This document shows, one piece after another, positions 1 to 7,463 of a stretch of DNA of 27,044 nucleotides. Source of the DNA: a virus (lineage: Duplodnaviria > Caudoviricetes); the IMG/VR virus record IMGVR_UViG_3300048857_000029, positions 1-27,044 of that record. One strand, written 5' to 3'. The translations under genes were made by a program, and so were the position numbers. The notes under the pieces were generated by a model. It was not told the DNA's origin. It did not search any database and saw only the letters and a list, made by a program, of their open reading frames with translations. Each line of letters opens with the position of its first letter. The first letter of the stretch is position 1.

Positions 1-838
1 CTTTCCTCCGAAGCGACACGGCCGGCGTTTTCGTCGCCATGCCCTCGAGCAATTTCCGTAGCTCCCGCGAAAGCTCGTTTGACCAGCCGGTACCGCAGCC
101 ACCGACGTAGACGAGCTCGCCGTCTTTGCGGGCCGCCAGCAGCAACCGGCCGAGATGACCAGGCACGGTAGACGGCTCGAAGCCGACGATCACGAAGCTG
201 TCACGCCGTTTGCAGGTGATCTTCTGCCACCACTCGCCCCGGCCGGAGCGATATGGCTTCTCCACATGCTTGGCGATGATACCTTCGAGGCCGTGCGCGC
301 AGGCAACGCGAAAGAACTCGTCGCCGTCGGCCTGCATCTCTTCCGAAAGGCGAACCGCCCCTTCCCGGCCGGCGACAAGCGGATCGAGCAGCCGCCGGCG
401 CTCGCGCAGAGGCAGGCGGCGCAGATCGCGGCCGTCGAGATAAAGGAGATCGAAGGCATAGAAGACGATGGCGCCGGCCTCGACTGCTGATGGCAGGCGC
501 CCGAGCGCCCGCTGCAGCATGCCGAAATCGGAGCGACCCAGATCGTCCAGAACGACAGCCTCCCCGTCCAGGATGGCCGTCTTCGCGGCAACGCGCCGGG
601 CGTCGTCAACGATCGAGGGAAACTTGTCGGTCCAGTCGTACCCGCCGCGCGTCAGTATCCGCACCCGGCCAGGCTCGATATGGATGGCAATTCGATACCC
701 GTCCCATTTCACCTCGTAGGCCCAGTCCTGCCCTTTCGGCGGCTTGTCGACGAGGGTGGCGAGACAAGGATCAACACGCGCTGGCATTGGGTCCGGCGAT
801 GAGGCGCCGTGTGGTTTTTTAGACGATGGCTTAGCCAT
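1..838 (-). CDS. ligD: ATP-dependent DNA ligase (stand-alone LigD-type ligase domain), 3' end outside the window
   Basis: Manual translation from ATG at 838: MAKPSSKK...DPCLATLVDKPPKGQDWAYEVKWDGYR (KxDG adenylation motif), ILDGEAVV, FYAFDLLYLDG, GLEGIIAK, YRSGR, YVGGCGTG. Absent from the ORF track because there is no stop in the window. Confidence 0.95.
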   Translation of the reverse strand, partial: MAKPSSKKPHGASSPDPMPARVDPCLATLVDKPPKGQDWAYEVKWDGYRIAIHIEPGRVRILTRGGYDWTDKFPSIVDDARRVAAKTAILDGEAVVLDDLGRSDFGMLQRALGRLPSAVEAGAIVFYAFDLLYLDGRDLRRLPLRERRRLLDPLVAGREGAVRLSEEMQADGDEFFRVACAHGLEGIIAKHVEKPYRSGRGEWWQKITCKRRDSFVIVGFEPSTVPGHLGRLLLAARKDGELVYVGGCGTGWSNELSRELRKLLEGMATKTPAVSLRRK

Positions 839-856
839 GCGAGTATAAACGCATGA

Positions 857-871
857 GAACAGCGAAAGACC
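857..871 (-). promoter_or_regulatory. Possible degenerate alphaproteobacterial LexA box upstream of the ligase
   Basis: GAAC-agcgaaa-GACC differs by one base in the second half-site from GAAC-N7-GAAC and lies 18 nt from the ligase ATG. Confidence 0.35.
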
Positions 872-1061
872 GACCTACGCCGCTCCTCGCCGTCTTTCTC
901 CCTCCAACGGCGGCACGGACCGAACTGGTGGCGGCATTGCGAGCGGAGACCCGCCCGGAATTATGTAGTAAAATGCCGCCAGCCGTTTCAGACCTTGGAA
1001 ATAGCCAGTCGCACCGTGAATGCCTAGGGCACGTGCTAAATAGTCGCGAAGGTCAAACCCT

Positions 1062-2039
1062 TCAGTTCATCCAAATCCAGTCGGTGGGTAGCCATCGAAA
1101 GCTATCCCCCTCCCTCACCACGTGACCAACCCCCGGGAATGGATAGTGATAGCCGGCGACGAGCAGTCTGTCGTGGCTGGCTCGATCCAGCAACGCCTTC
1201 CGTGTCGTCGCACCTTTTTCACGATCATGATCCCAAACTATCTGCCAATCGGGTCGGTCAAAAGCAATGTGGATGCTCGGCAGGGCATCGCCGGTAATCA
1301 AAAGTTGCTCTCCTCGCGATCCGACCAGCAGTGAGATATGGCCCTGCGTGTGACCGGACGTGTCCAAGGTCGTGACTCCTGTCGCTATGTCAGCTCCCGG
1401 CTTTATCGGACGCACTCGGTCGCCAAGTCCGGAGAATACTTTCCGCAGGAGCGGCGCTTGTTCTGCTGCCCACTGTGGCAGTCTCGACGCAGCGTCGGGT
1501 GAAGTCCAAAGGTCGAGTTCGGTTTCCGAAAGAACCACTTCGGCATTCGCGAACCGTTCGGACGCAGCGGTGGCGAGACCGCCTACATGATCGGCGTGAC
1601 AGTGGGTGAGCAGGATCGTGTCAATGGTGTCGGTGGAGATACCCGCCTCTTGCAGCGTTTTGGTCAATCGTCCGGCGTTAGATGCCCAGCCTTGGCCTTT
1701 GCCCGCACCCGTGTCGACCAATATCCGCTTTTGCCCTGTCTCGATTAGCAGTGGGGTGGCTTGGAGCCGGAACACGTCTGGTGCGATGTAGTGGGCGTCG
1801 AAATACGCCTTCCTTTCGTCGGCGTCGGCATTTGTCGCAATGCTGTCCGTCGGCAGGAAGAACACGCCATCACAAAGCGACGTGACGTGGAACTCCCCCA
1901 TCCGGAAACGATAGAACCCGGGCGCTTCCAGCGGTGCTGCCGTTTCTGCAGCAGTCGCGCCACGTGAGTTGCTTAAGGCTGCGGAGGAAGCACCCACTGC
2001 CGAGGTTTTCAGGAAAGAGCGGCGGTCAAGGGCGAGCAT
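1062..2039 (-). CDS. Tat-exported MBL-fold metallo-hydrolase (OPHC2/methyl-parathion hydrolase or lactonase-like subgroup)
   Basis: AGGAG RBS before ATG 2039, twin-arginine signal DRRSFLK, LVDTG, THCHADH (HxHxDH), GHTQGH, GDAL, GYHYPFPGVGHV. Confidence 0.9.
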   Translation of the reverse strand: MLALDRRSFLKTSAVGASSAALSNSRGATAAETAAPLEAPGFYRFRMGEFHVTSLCDGVFFLPTDSIATNADADERKAYFDAHYIAPDVFRLQATPLLIETGQKRILVDTGAGKGQGWASNAGRLTKTLQEAGISTDTIDTILLTHCHADHVGGLATAASERFANAEVVLSETELDLWTSPDAASRLPQWAAEQAPLLRKVFSGLGDRVRPIKPGADIATGVTTLDTSGHTQGHISLLVGSRGEQLLITGDALPSIHIAFDRPDWQIVWDHDREKGATTRKALLDRASHDRLLVAGYHYPFPGVGHVVREGDSFRWLPTDWIWMN

Positions 2040-2178
2040 GAGGAACTCCTTTAGCAAGGGAGCACGGCCGCAGCTCCTGGCCGCGCTTACTACTCCCATA
2101 ATACCACCAAATGCGCTGCCGAACGATCCAGCGACGCGGCCGCCCCCTGTCGACGCATGGATTCGCGAAACCGCCGCA

Positions 2179-2214
2179 TTGACTCTCTCGCACCGATGAG
2201 AACATAGTAAGAAC
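2179..2214 (+). promoter_or_regulatory. Sigma70-type promoter overlapped by a perfect alphaproteobacterial LexA (SOS) box
   Basis: TTGACT (2179-2184), 18 nt, CATAGT (2203-2208). GAAC-atagtaa-GAAC at 2200-2214 covers the -10 element. Confidence 0.75.
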
Positions 2215-2276
2215 ATCCGGCGGCGATGCGGCGCGCCAATCCATCAATCAGGGGCGAATTTAGAAAGGCGCGCATC

Positions 2277-2726
2277 ATGCGAACACTTGAAGATGAGATA
2301 GGAACCGCAATCGAAATTGATCTAGCGGTAATGCCTCCGCACCAAAGGCGGGCCTATGCCGGCCTCGACCCGTATCGCCGTCCCGTCGAGGTGCGCGGCG
2401 TCCAGGAGCTCGCCAAGGGTATTGCCGAATCCTTCGGGGCCTTTGCCATCTTCGATGTCGAGACAGTGTTGCGGTCCCCGGCGATCGCGCCATTCGTTAC
2501 GCAGACGCTCTACGCGATCCCGCTCGAACTGCGGCGGGCCGCCTGCGACCGCGATCGGCTGAAAGCAGAAGGCGCCCGCAAGGAAATGGCGCGGATAATC
2601 TCGGCCGCCCTGCTCGCGCGCTACCATTTCGAGCCCCTGCAACACGTCAGCGCCTCCTGCCACCCGAATTGGGAACAGGCATTCGAGCAGCAGTTTGGCG
2701 CCGGCCGGGGGAGGCGATCGACATGA
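2277..2726 (+). CDS. Hypothetical protein, probably SOS-regulated
   Basis: [12 protein letters not shown]... with AAAGG upstream, downstream of the LexA box, ATGA-coupled to the next gene. Confidence 0.75.
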   Translation: MRTLEDEIGTAIEIDLAVMPPHQRRAYAGLDPYRRPVEVRGVQELAKGIAESFGAFAIFDVETVLRSPAIAPFVTQTLYAIPLELRRAACDRDRLKAEGARKEMARIISAALLARYHFEPLQHVSASCHPNWEQAFEQQFGAGRGRRST

Positions 2727-2908
2727 GTGACGAACTGGGCGCAAAGCTCCAGATCGAGGCGGGGCCGTATGTCCACTATTGCGAGCACCCTGGCTGCAAG
2801 AAATGGGGAAGCTTCGGCTTCGCAGTTGGCCGCGGCGAGCCGAACTGGTTTTGCTTCGAGCACCGGCCCGAGTGGAACTCGCGCCATGAGGCACAGCCGC
2901 GGCATTGA
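2723..2908 (+). CDS. Small Cys/His protein (putative zinc finger)
   Basis: GGAGG RBS and ATGA overlap. MSDELG...[16 protein letters not shown]...WFCFEH gives a C-x4-C...C-x2-H pattern. Confidence 0.75.
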   Translation: MSDELGAKLQIEAGPYVHYCEHPGCKKWGSFGFAVGRGEPNWFCFEHRPEWNSRHEAQPRH

Positions 2909-2924
2909 CCTTTCGCGCGCAAGC

Positions 2925-2962
2925 GACCCCGCCACCAACATCCCGTGGCTCGTGGCGGGGTC
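2925..2962 (+). terminator. GC-rich hairpin, probable terminator of the 2277-2908 operon
   Basis: GACCCCGCCAC / GTGGCGGGGTC perfect 11-bp stem with a 16-nt loop. No clear U-tract. Confidence 0.5.
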
Positions 2963-3419
2963 TGCTCTAAATTGTTGCTGAAAAGTTTGCTCGTTACCTT
3001 TCATGCTCCAGCGCGCTGCGAGCCATGCAGTATTCGCCAAGTGGCTTTTCCGGTCCAGCACGACGTCTGGATTAACTCGAAGGGGCGAAAGCTTGGGCGC
3101 AGGACCGTAGTCCGGCTCGTTGATGGCAAAGGTCCTAGACAGCCAGCGAAGCGAAACCATCGAGGAATATTGGGGTTGTCACCCCCGAGCGGCAACCTCG
3201 TCAGCCGCTCGTGTGAGTGACTGCCTCAGAGCTGCCCGCATCGTCCCTTCTGGCAGTTCTGAGGCGAACTCATCAGCCAGACTTGATATGAGCTCCGGGA
3301 GATGAACATTCTTGCTGTAGTCGCATTTGAGGCGCATCATACGACTATCAGCGGCACACGACACGGGCCCCGCTGGCTGAGAGATCATCGCGCTTTCGCC
3401 CCAATGCGGAGGTCGCCCT

Positions 3420-3623
3420 ATGCTGGATGACCGTCAGCTTCCAAATGCGATTATGCCGGATGGCATCATCTTTCTGGACGAAATCTTAACCCAACTCTTG
3501 ACTGAAAGAGGACTCGGCCGAGACTGCGAAGATGCAGACTTTGTGGCCGGAAGGCTAATCTCACTCTTTCAATCCGGCATACGCGATCGGGACATGCTGC
3601 GCAAAATGGCAACGCCTTCGTGA
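3420..3623 (+). CDS. Small hypothetical protein
   Basis: GGAGG RBS and a 67-aa helical-looking ORF (LLTERGL...LISLFQSGIRD). A degenerate TGAAC-N16-CATT motif lies at 3303-3327. Confidence 0.7.
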   Translation: MLDDRQLPNAIMPDGIIFLDEILTQLLTERGLGRDCEDADFVAGRLISLFQSGIRDRDMLRKMATPS

Positions 3624-3662
3624 TTGGGCCAATCCCGCGCTGGTCATCCCGTCTCGCCGGCT

Positions 3663-4061
3663 TCAGGTTGAGGAACCACGGGGTGGTCTCGCGTTAAGCA
3701 GTTGGGAAACGGCCGTTAGCAGCTGCGATGAGGTAAACGGCTTTTCAAGCATAATGCTGTTCGGGACACCTCTCGACGCCCAGTCCAGAGCACCGTGCCC
3801 GCTGATGTAAACGACCGGTATGTCTGGGTCGATCTCGCGAGCAACGCGCGCCACTTCCCAGCCGTCCGGAGTTTCGCCAAACCGAATATCGGTAACCACT
3901 CCATGGATTGGCGCGTTTGCAGACCTGAGAATGTCTATCGCTTTCTTGCCCCTCGTGACCGCTGTCACGTGAAATCCCGCATCGGTGAGCGCGACCTCGA
4001 AATCCATGAGCAGCAGTGCTTCATCGTCAGCGAGCAATATTGTAACCGCTTCCATGACCAT
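3663..4061 (-). CDS. Single-domain response regulator (receiver only); start may be 4055
   Basis: ILLADDE acidic pocket, VVTDIRF phospho-Asp, DGWEVA, VVYISGH, LEKPF. Confidence 0.92.
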   Translation of the reverse strand: MVMEAVTILLADDEALLLMDFEVALTDAGFHVTAVTRGKKAIDILRSANAPIHGVVTDIRFGETPDGWEVARVAREIDPDIPVVYISGHGALDWASRGVPNSIMLEKPFTSSQLLTAVSQLLNARPPRGSST

Positions 4062-4085
4062 CACCGTACGGCTGAATCCCCACAC

Positions 4086-4110
4086 AACGCGGTGCGGGGC
4101 GTGCGGTTCC
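4086..4110 (-). promoter_or_regulatory. EcfG/RpoE2-type promoter of the receiver gene
   Basis: Minus strand GGAAC-cgcacgccccgcaccg (16 nt)-CGTT, an exact consensus match. Confidence 0.75.
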
Positions 4111-4128
4111 CCCCTGATCCATGAGGTA

Positions 4129-4154
4129 GGAACCCTCGAGCCCATCGAAGTGTT
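4129..4154 (+). promoter_or_regulatory. EcfG/RpoE2-type promoter, divergent from the previous one
   Basis: GGAAC-N17-TGTT, 20 nt before ATG 4175, which has a GGAG RBS. Confidence 0.6.
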
Positions 4155-4174
4155 GACCTCCGGGGAGAACGACC

Positions 4175-4441
4175 ATGGCCGATAAAGAAAAGATGACTGC
4201 CAACAGACATCGCCGAATACCTGCCCGACGAGAGCGGCAAACGGAGCGCCAGCTGCTGCAGCGGCTCATGACCCGTCTTGGCCGCCAGCAAGCAAAGGAA
4301 GCGCTGGTGGCCGGATGGCGACGGCGGCGGCGGAGACGACACTACACGCCCAACGGAATGCTGCAGCCTTGGAACAAAGTGGCACGAGATGCGTTACCGT
4401 GTCGCCGCGCTCTCTGCGGCACAGGTCGCCGACCTGATTAG
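4175..4441 (+). CDS. Hypothetical protein, possibly frameshifted or degenerate
   Basis: Good RBS and promoter, but the translation is Arg-rich and protein-like segments appear in neighbouring frames (TDIAEYL; KWHEMRYRVAALSAAQVADLI). Confidence 0.35.
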   Translation: MADKEKMTANRHRRIPARRERQTERQLLQRLMTRLGRQQAKEALVAGWRRRRRRRHYTPNGMLQPWNKVARDALPCRRALCGTGRRPD

Positions 4442-4495
4442 CAGTGCCCGTGTCGTCCCCGCGCGCGGGCATTCGCTTTCCCGCCCTTCAACCGT

Positions 4496-4699
4496 TCACT
4501 TTAGCTCGCCGCTTTCGGGCTTGCCTTTTGCTCGTCTGCGCTCGTCTAGCAGATTGAGTAAATCGGTGAGATCGTCCGCATCGAAATAATCCAGGCCGGT
4601 CTGCGATATGCCCTCCCATCGAGCAGGCCAGCCAGTGAAGCGATCAATCACGCTCCAAAAGCCGTTGCTGTCGTCATGCAATTCGTATCGCTGGGTCAT
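4496..4699 (-). CDS. Small hypothetical protein, probably leaderless
   Basis: MTQRYEL...WSVIDRFTGWPA...DADDLTDLLNLLD. TAAACT -10-like hexamer 6 nt before the ATG and no RBS. Confidence 0.75.
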   Translation of the reverse strand: MTQRYELHDDSNGFWSVIDRFTGWPARWEGISQTGLDYFDADDLTDLLNLLDERRRAKGKPESGELK

Positions 4700-4921
4700 A
4701 CCGGCAGTTTAGCGCGCCCTTAAACGCTGCGCTACGGCGTCCCTAACATTCGTTCGGCGGTTCTTCGTCGCCCGCGGCGAGGAAATGGTATGCAAGGCAG
4801 CGGGACAACGACGGCGGCAGCCTCGCTCCTCAAGACCGAGAGATGGCCTGACACAAATAGAACGTCGCTTGCGCATATTGTACTACCAGCGGAGCCAGCA
4901 TCAGCCACTTCCCAATTGGTC

Positions 4922-4946
4922 GGAACCATTTCAGTGATGAACCGTT
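4922..4946 (+). promoter_or_regulatory. EcfG/RpoE2-type promoter with no downstream ORF
   Basis: GGAAC-catttcagtgatgaac (16 nt)-CGTT, an exact consensus match. Confidence 0.7.
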
Positions 4947-4952
4947 AGACGC

Positions 4953-5060
4953 GATCGATTGTCAACGTGAGTTCGTGTCGGCTCTTTGGAGCCCTCCAAC
5001 TGCGGGAGCCGACCTGAGCAGGCAGCACCCCTTACCTCGCCCTTCTCAGGGGTGCTGCCA
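4953..5060 (+). ncRNA. Candidate stress-induced sRNA with two hairpins (ends approximate)
   Basis: Follows the EcfG-type promoter. Stems GTCGGCTC/GAGCCGAC (4977-5013, containing CCCTCC) and GGCAGCACCCCT/AGGGGTGCTGCC (5021-5059, CU-rich loop). Confidence 0.5.
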
Positions 5061-5062
5061 AC

Positions 5063-5455
5063 TCACCGCCGCAGCTGCGCGCCGTCCCGTTGGCTGGCCT
5101 CGATCCTCTGAAGGATCTCGCGCATCACCCGGGTATCGATGGAAAGGCTGTTGAGCGTGTTCTCGACAGCCTTCATCGAAGTCGCCGCCTCGGCCGCCTG
5201 CTTCTCCACCGCCGATATTCTCAGCTCGTGATTGTCGATCTGCCGAAGGGAGACCTCCGCCGCCGTGAGCCGCTTATCGAGGCGATCGATCGAATTGGCC
5301 TGTGAATCCTGATTGGCGTTCACCCTCTCCCAGGTCGCGCCCCAGGCAATGAGGCCGCCGGCAAATCCAAACAGGATGACCAGGGTGTTGAGGTTGTATT
5401 CGAACCGCCATTTCGGAGTTGCGACCATCTTTTCGGTTTCCTGTGTTTCGGCCAA
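5063..5455 (-). CDS. Single-TM coiled-coil membrane protein, holin candidate
   Basis: TTG start after GAGGGG, TM segment LVILFGFAGGLIAWGA, then a heptad-rich helix. Last gene of the lysis cassette. Confidence 0.65.
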   Translation of the reverse strand: MAETQETEKMVATPKWRFEYNLNTLVILFGFAGGLIAWGATWERVNANQDSQANSIDRLDKRLTAAEVSLRQIDNHELRISAVEKQAAEAATSMKAVENTLNSLSIDTRVMREILQRIEASQRDGAQLRR

Positions 5456-5488
5456 TGCCCTGCCCCTCGTATGCAATGCTGGATGGTT

Positions 5489-5731
5489 TTACTGCTGCGC
5501 TTCGCCGTGGCGGGCGCATTCCGCCTTCGTCCAAACTGCCGCTGCGCAGATGCCGACGACGGTCCGGTCAATTTTCCGCTGATCTGCCGGCGTCGCGCCG
5601 CGCGCGCCGATCAGATCAGTGCCCACCACCCGGCGGAGACCGTCGACACTTTCCGGCGCCGAAATCCCACATCCCTGGAGGGCAAAGGTCAAAGCGAGAG
5701 CGGACATCGTCCGCGGTGCGGCCAGCTTCAT
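5489..5731 (-). CDS. Outer-membrane lipoprotein spanin (Rz1-like, o-spanin)
   Basis: MKLAAPRTMSALALTFALQGC has a signal peptide with lipobox. It overlaps the 3' half of the upstream gene in another frame. Confidence 0.75.
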   Translation of the reverse strand: MKLAAPRTMSALALTFALQGCGISAPESVDGLRRVVGTDLIGARGATPADQRKIDRTVVGICAAAVWTKAECARHGEAQQ

Positions 5732-5852
5732 TGTTCTGCCTTTCGATGGAGGTTCTGACGTCGTCGCCGCCCTGCCGGTAGATCCAGGCAAGGACGATCG
5801 CGACGATGGCGAGAGCGGCGGCAGCCGCGATGATCCGAGGAGTGGAGAGCAT
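5616..5852 (-). CDS. Inner-membrane spanin (Rz-like, i-spanin)
   Basis: TGATG-coupled to the endolysin. N-terminal TM IIAAAAALAIVAIVLAWIY, then a short helix and two Cys. Confidence 0.75.
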   Translation of the reverse strand: MLSTPRIIAAAAALAIVAIVLAWIYRQGGDDVRTSIERQNNEAGRTADDVRSRFDLCPPGMWDFGAGKCRRSPPGGGH

Positions 5853-6820
5853 CACGCCATCCCCTCGACCTGTTTTGCCACCGCCTTCCGATCGGCGTTC
5901 TTGCGCCAGTAGAGGAAGCCGGCAATGCCGCCGAACGCGACGAGGATCAGGAGGAGGTTCTGCCACGGTATGCCGCCGATCGCGGTGAGCAGCGAAGCGC
6001 CCCCGCCGATGACAGACGGGGTGATGACCTCTTTCGATTTCCACCACGGCGCATCGAGGCTGGGAGGAGTGACTGGTACCGGGACCGGCTTCTCCTCGGT
6101 TACCGGCGCCGTCTTTACCTCAGGCCGCGCCGCCTCGCCCGGCGTGAGTGCCACAAGCGCAGTATGCATCGCAGCGCGCGTTTTCGGCCCGACATCGCCG
6201 TCGACCTGGAGGCGCTGGTCGGCCTGGAACTGAAGGACGTTGTCGGCACGGTACCCCAGCAGCACGAGCGAGATCCGCGCCAATCGATAGAAGCGATCGG
6301 CCAGACCGTTCTTGCCGCCGTTGATCTTCTTCGTGATTGTCTCGGCGTCGCCCTCGTCGGCCCAGCGATTGAGGTCGCGGGTGTCCCAGTAGAACAGAGG
6401 CACCAGGCCTTCCCACGGATCGGTGTTGACCGCGTCCGGGTACTTGACGAAGTCCGGGCAGTCAAGCCCGGCGGCGCGGCACCAGTTGCGGAACTGGCGA
6501 TAGTTGTCCTTGCCGGTGAGCTGCATTCCGGTCCGGCCGCGGTAGAGATAGCCGTCGCCGTCCTTCTCCGGCGTGTTGCCAAGATCGGTCCTGGTGTCGT
6601 AGCGCTGCTGCGCCGGTGTCGGACCCCAGATCTCGCGATCGTAGCGAAAGTCGCCGCTCTCATGCATGAGCTGGGCAAAATACTGAGCGAGCCGGTGCGG
6701 TCGGTCCATGCCGAAACGCTCGCCGTACTTATCCAGCGCCACGAGCACGGACGCGAGGTTGCTCTCGTTCACTTTGCCCTTTGCGGCAGCGTGAACGTGC
6801 TGAGCGGTGATGGCGCTCAT
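5852..6820 (-). CDS. Endolysin: GH19 (chitinase/lysozyme-like) domain, peptidoglycan-binding motif and C-terminal hydrophobic helices
   Basis: AQLMHESG, YRGRTGMQLTGKDNY, ITKKINGGKNGLADR, FQADQRLQVDGDVGPKT. AGGAG RBS. Confidence 0.92.
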   Translation of the reverse strand: MSAITAQHVHAAAKGKVNESNLASVLVALDKYGERFGMDRPHRLAQYFAQLMHESGDFRYDREIWGPTPAQQRYDTRTDLGNTPEKDGDGYLYRGRTGMQLTGKDNYRQFRNWCRAAGLDCPDFVKYPDAVNTDPWEGLVPLFYWDTRDLNRWADEGDAETITKKINGGKNGLADRFYRLARISLVLLGYRADNVLQFQADQRLQVDGDVGPKTRAAMHTALVALTPGEAARPEVKTAPVTEEKPVPVPVTPPSLDAPWWKSKEVITPSVIGGGASLLTAIGGIPWQNLLLILVAFGGIAGFLYWRKNADRKAVAKQVEGMA

Positions 6821-6899
6821 CGTTTTCTCCTGATTATGAATGTGGGGTTACGACGGAAGGGCTAATAGCCTTGGGCAATCGTCCGGCGCTAAGCTTCCG

Positions 6900-7052
6900 T
6901 TAGCCGTTCCGACGGCGGACGGGGCGGTTAGAGGCCTGGCGCCTGCCTCCAGCGACGGGCCTCGCCCGAGGAGCGCCTGAAACAGGGTTCGAACAGCCGC
7001 CCTCATCCCCAAACACGAGTTCGAGAGCGACGGGAAGAGTTTCCCGAGCCAT
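6900..7052 (-). pseudogene. 5' relic resembling a GH108-type endolysin gene (copy 1)
   Basis: AAGGTG RBS, then MARETLPVALELVFGDEGGCSN..., resembling the GH108 N-terminal (H)EGGYSN motif, then 28 unrelated codons and a stop. Confidence 0.55.
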
Positions 7053-7053
7053 A
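7000..7053. repeat. 54-bp direct repeat, copy 1
   Basis: ccctcatccccaaacacgagttcgagagcgacgggaagagtttcccgagccata, 3 mismatches against 7957-8010. Confidence 0.95.
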
Positions 7054-7098
7054 CTTCACCTTATTGTTTGTAGAGGGAGTATCTGCCCTATGGGCAAT

Positions 7099-7120
7099 AA
7101 AAAACCCCGCCGAAGCGGGG
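7099..7120 (-). terminator. Rho-independent terminator after csbD
   Basis: Minus strand CCCCGC-TTCG-GCGGGG-TTTTTT. Confidence 0.85.
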
Positions 7121-7146
7121 CTAAATTCCATTTGGACCGCTACAAC

Positions 7147-7353
7147 TCAGTCCCATTTCTGTTGATTGTACCAGTCGTCGAGATCGCGGCGCGCCCGATC
7201 TTTCTCGATCCCGTAGCGCTCCTGGATCTTGCCCTCGAGCTGGTCGCGGTTGCCCGAAATTTCATCGAGATCGTCGTCAGTGAGCTGGCCCCACTTCTCT
7301 TTGATCTTGCCTTTTACCTGTTTCCAGTTTCCTTCAACGCGGTTCCAATCCAT
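7147..7353 (-). CDS. csbD: CsbD family general stress protein (YjbJ-like)
   Basis: MDWNRVEGNWKQVKGKIKEKWGQLTDDDLDEISGNRDQLEGKIQERYG. AGGAGG RBS. Confidence 0.95.
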   Translation of the reverse strand: MDWNRVEGNWKQVKGKIKEKWGQLTDDDLDEISGNRDQLEGKIQERYGIEKDRARRDLDDWYNQQKWD

Positions 7354-7390
7354 CGTTTCCTCCTGGATAGTCAGACACCCATGAAAGCAA

Positions 7391-7415
7391 AACTCGCGAC
7401 GGCCGCTTAGGTTCG
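7391..7415 (-). promoter_or_regulatory. EcfG/RpoE2-like promoter of csbD
   Basis: Minus strand CGAAC-N16-AGTT, near consensus. CsbD genes are typical general-stress regulon members. Confidence 0.55.
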
Positions 7416-7463
7416 ATTGCCTCGTAATCGGCGCCCCTGTTTTACGGGCTCAAGCTTGCGTCC

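Noticed and set aside
155-822. Several ORF-track ORFs (155-490, 190-609, 210-443, 468-719, 490-822)
   Set aside because: They are shadows of the ligase gene at 1-838(-), whose frame carries the ligase motifs.
1062-2039. Metallo-beta-lactamase resistance gene
   Set aside because: The fold motif alone does not imply antibiotic hydrolysis. The flanking motifs fit the phosphotriesterase/lactonase-like subgroup better.
2963-3400. Short overlapping ORFs (2621-3160, 3001-3195, 3120-3305, 3179-3388)
   Set aside because: No clear RBS or recognisable motif. 3179-3340(-) could be a small helical protein, but I cannot support it.
4849-4863. TGAC-N7-GAAC as a LexA box
   Set aside because: Two mismatches in one half-site and no clearly associated gene start.
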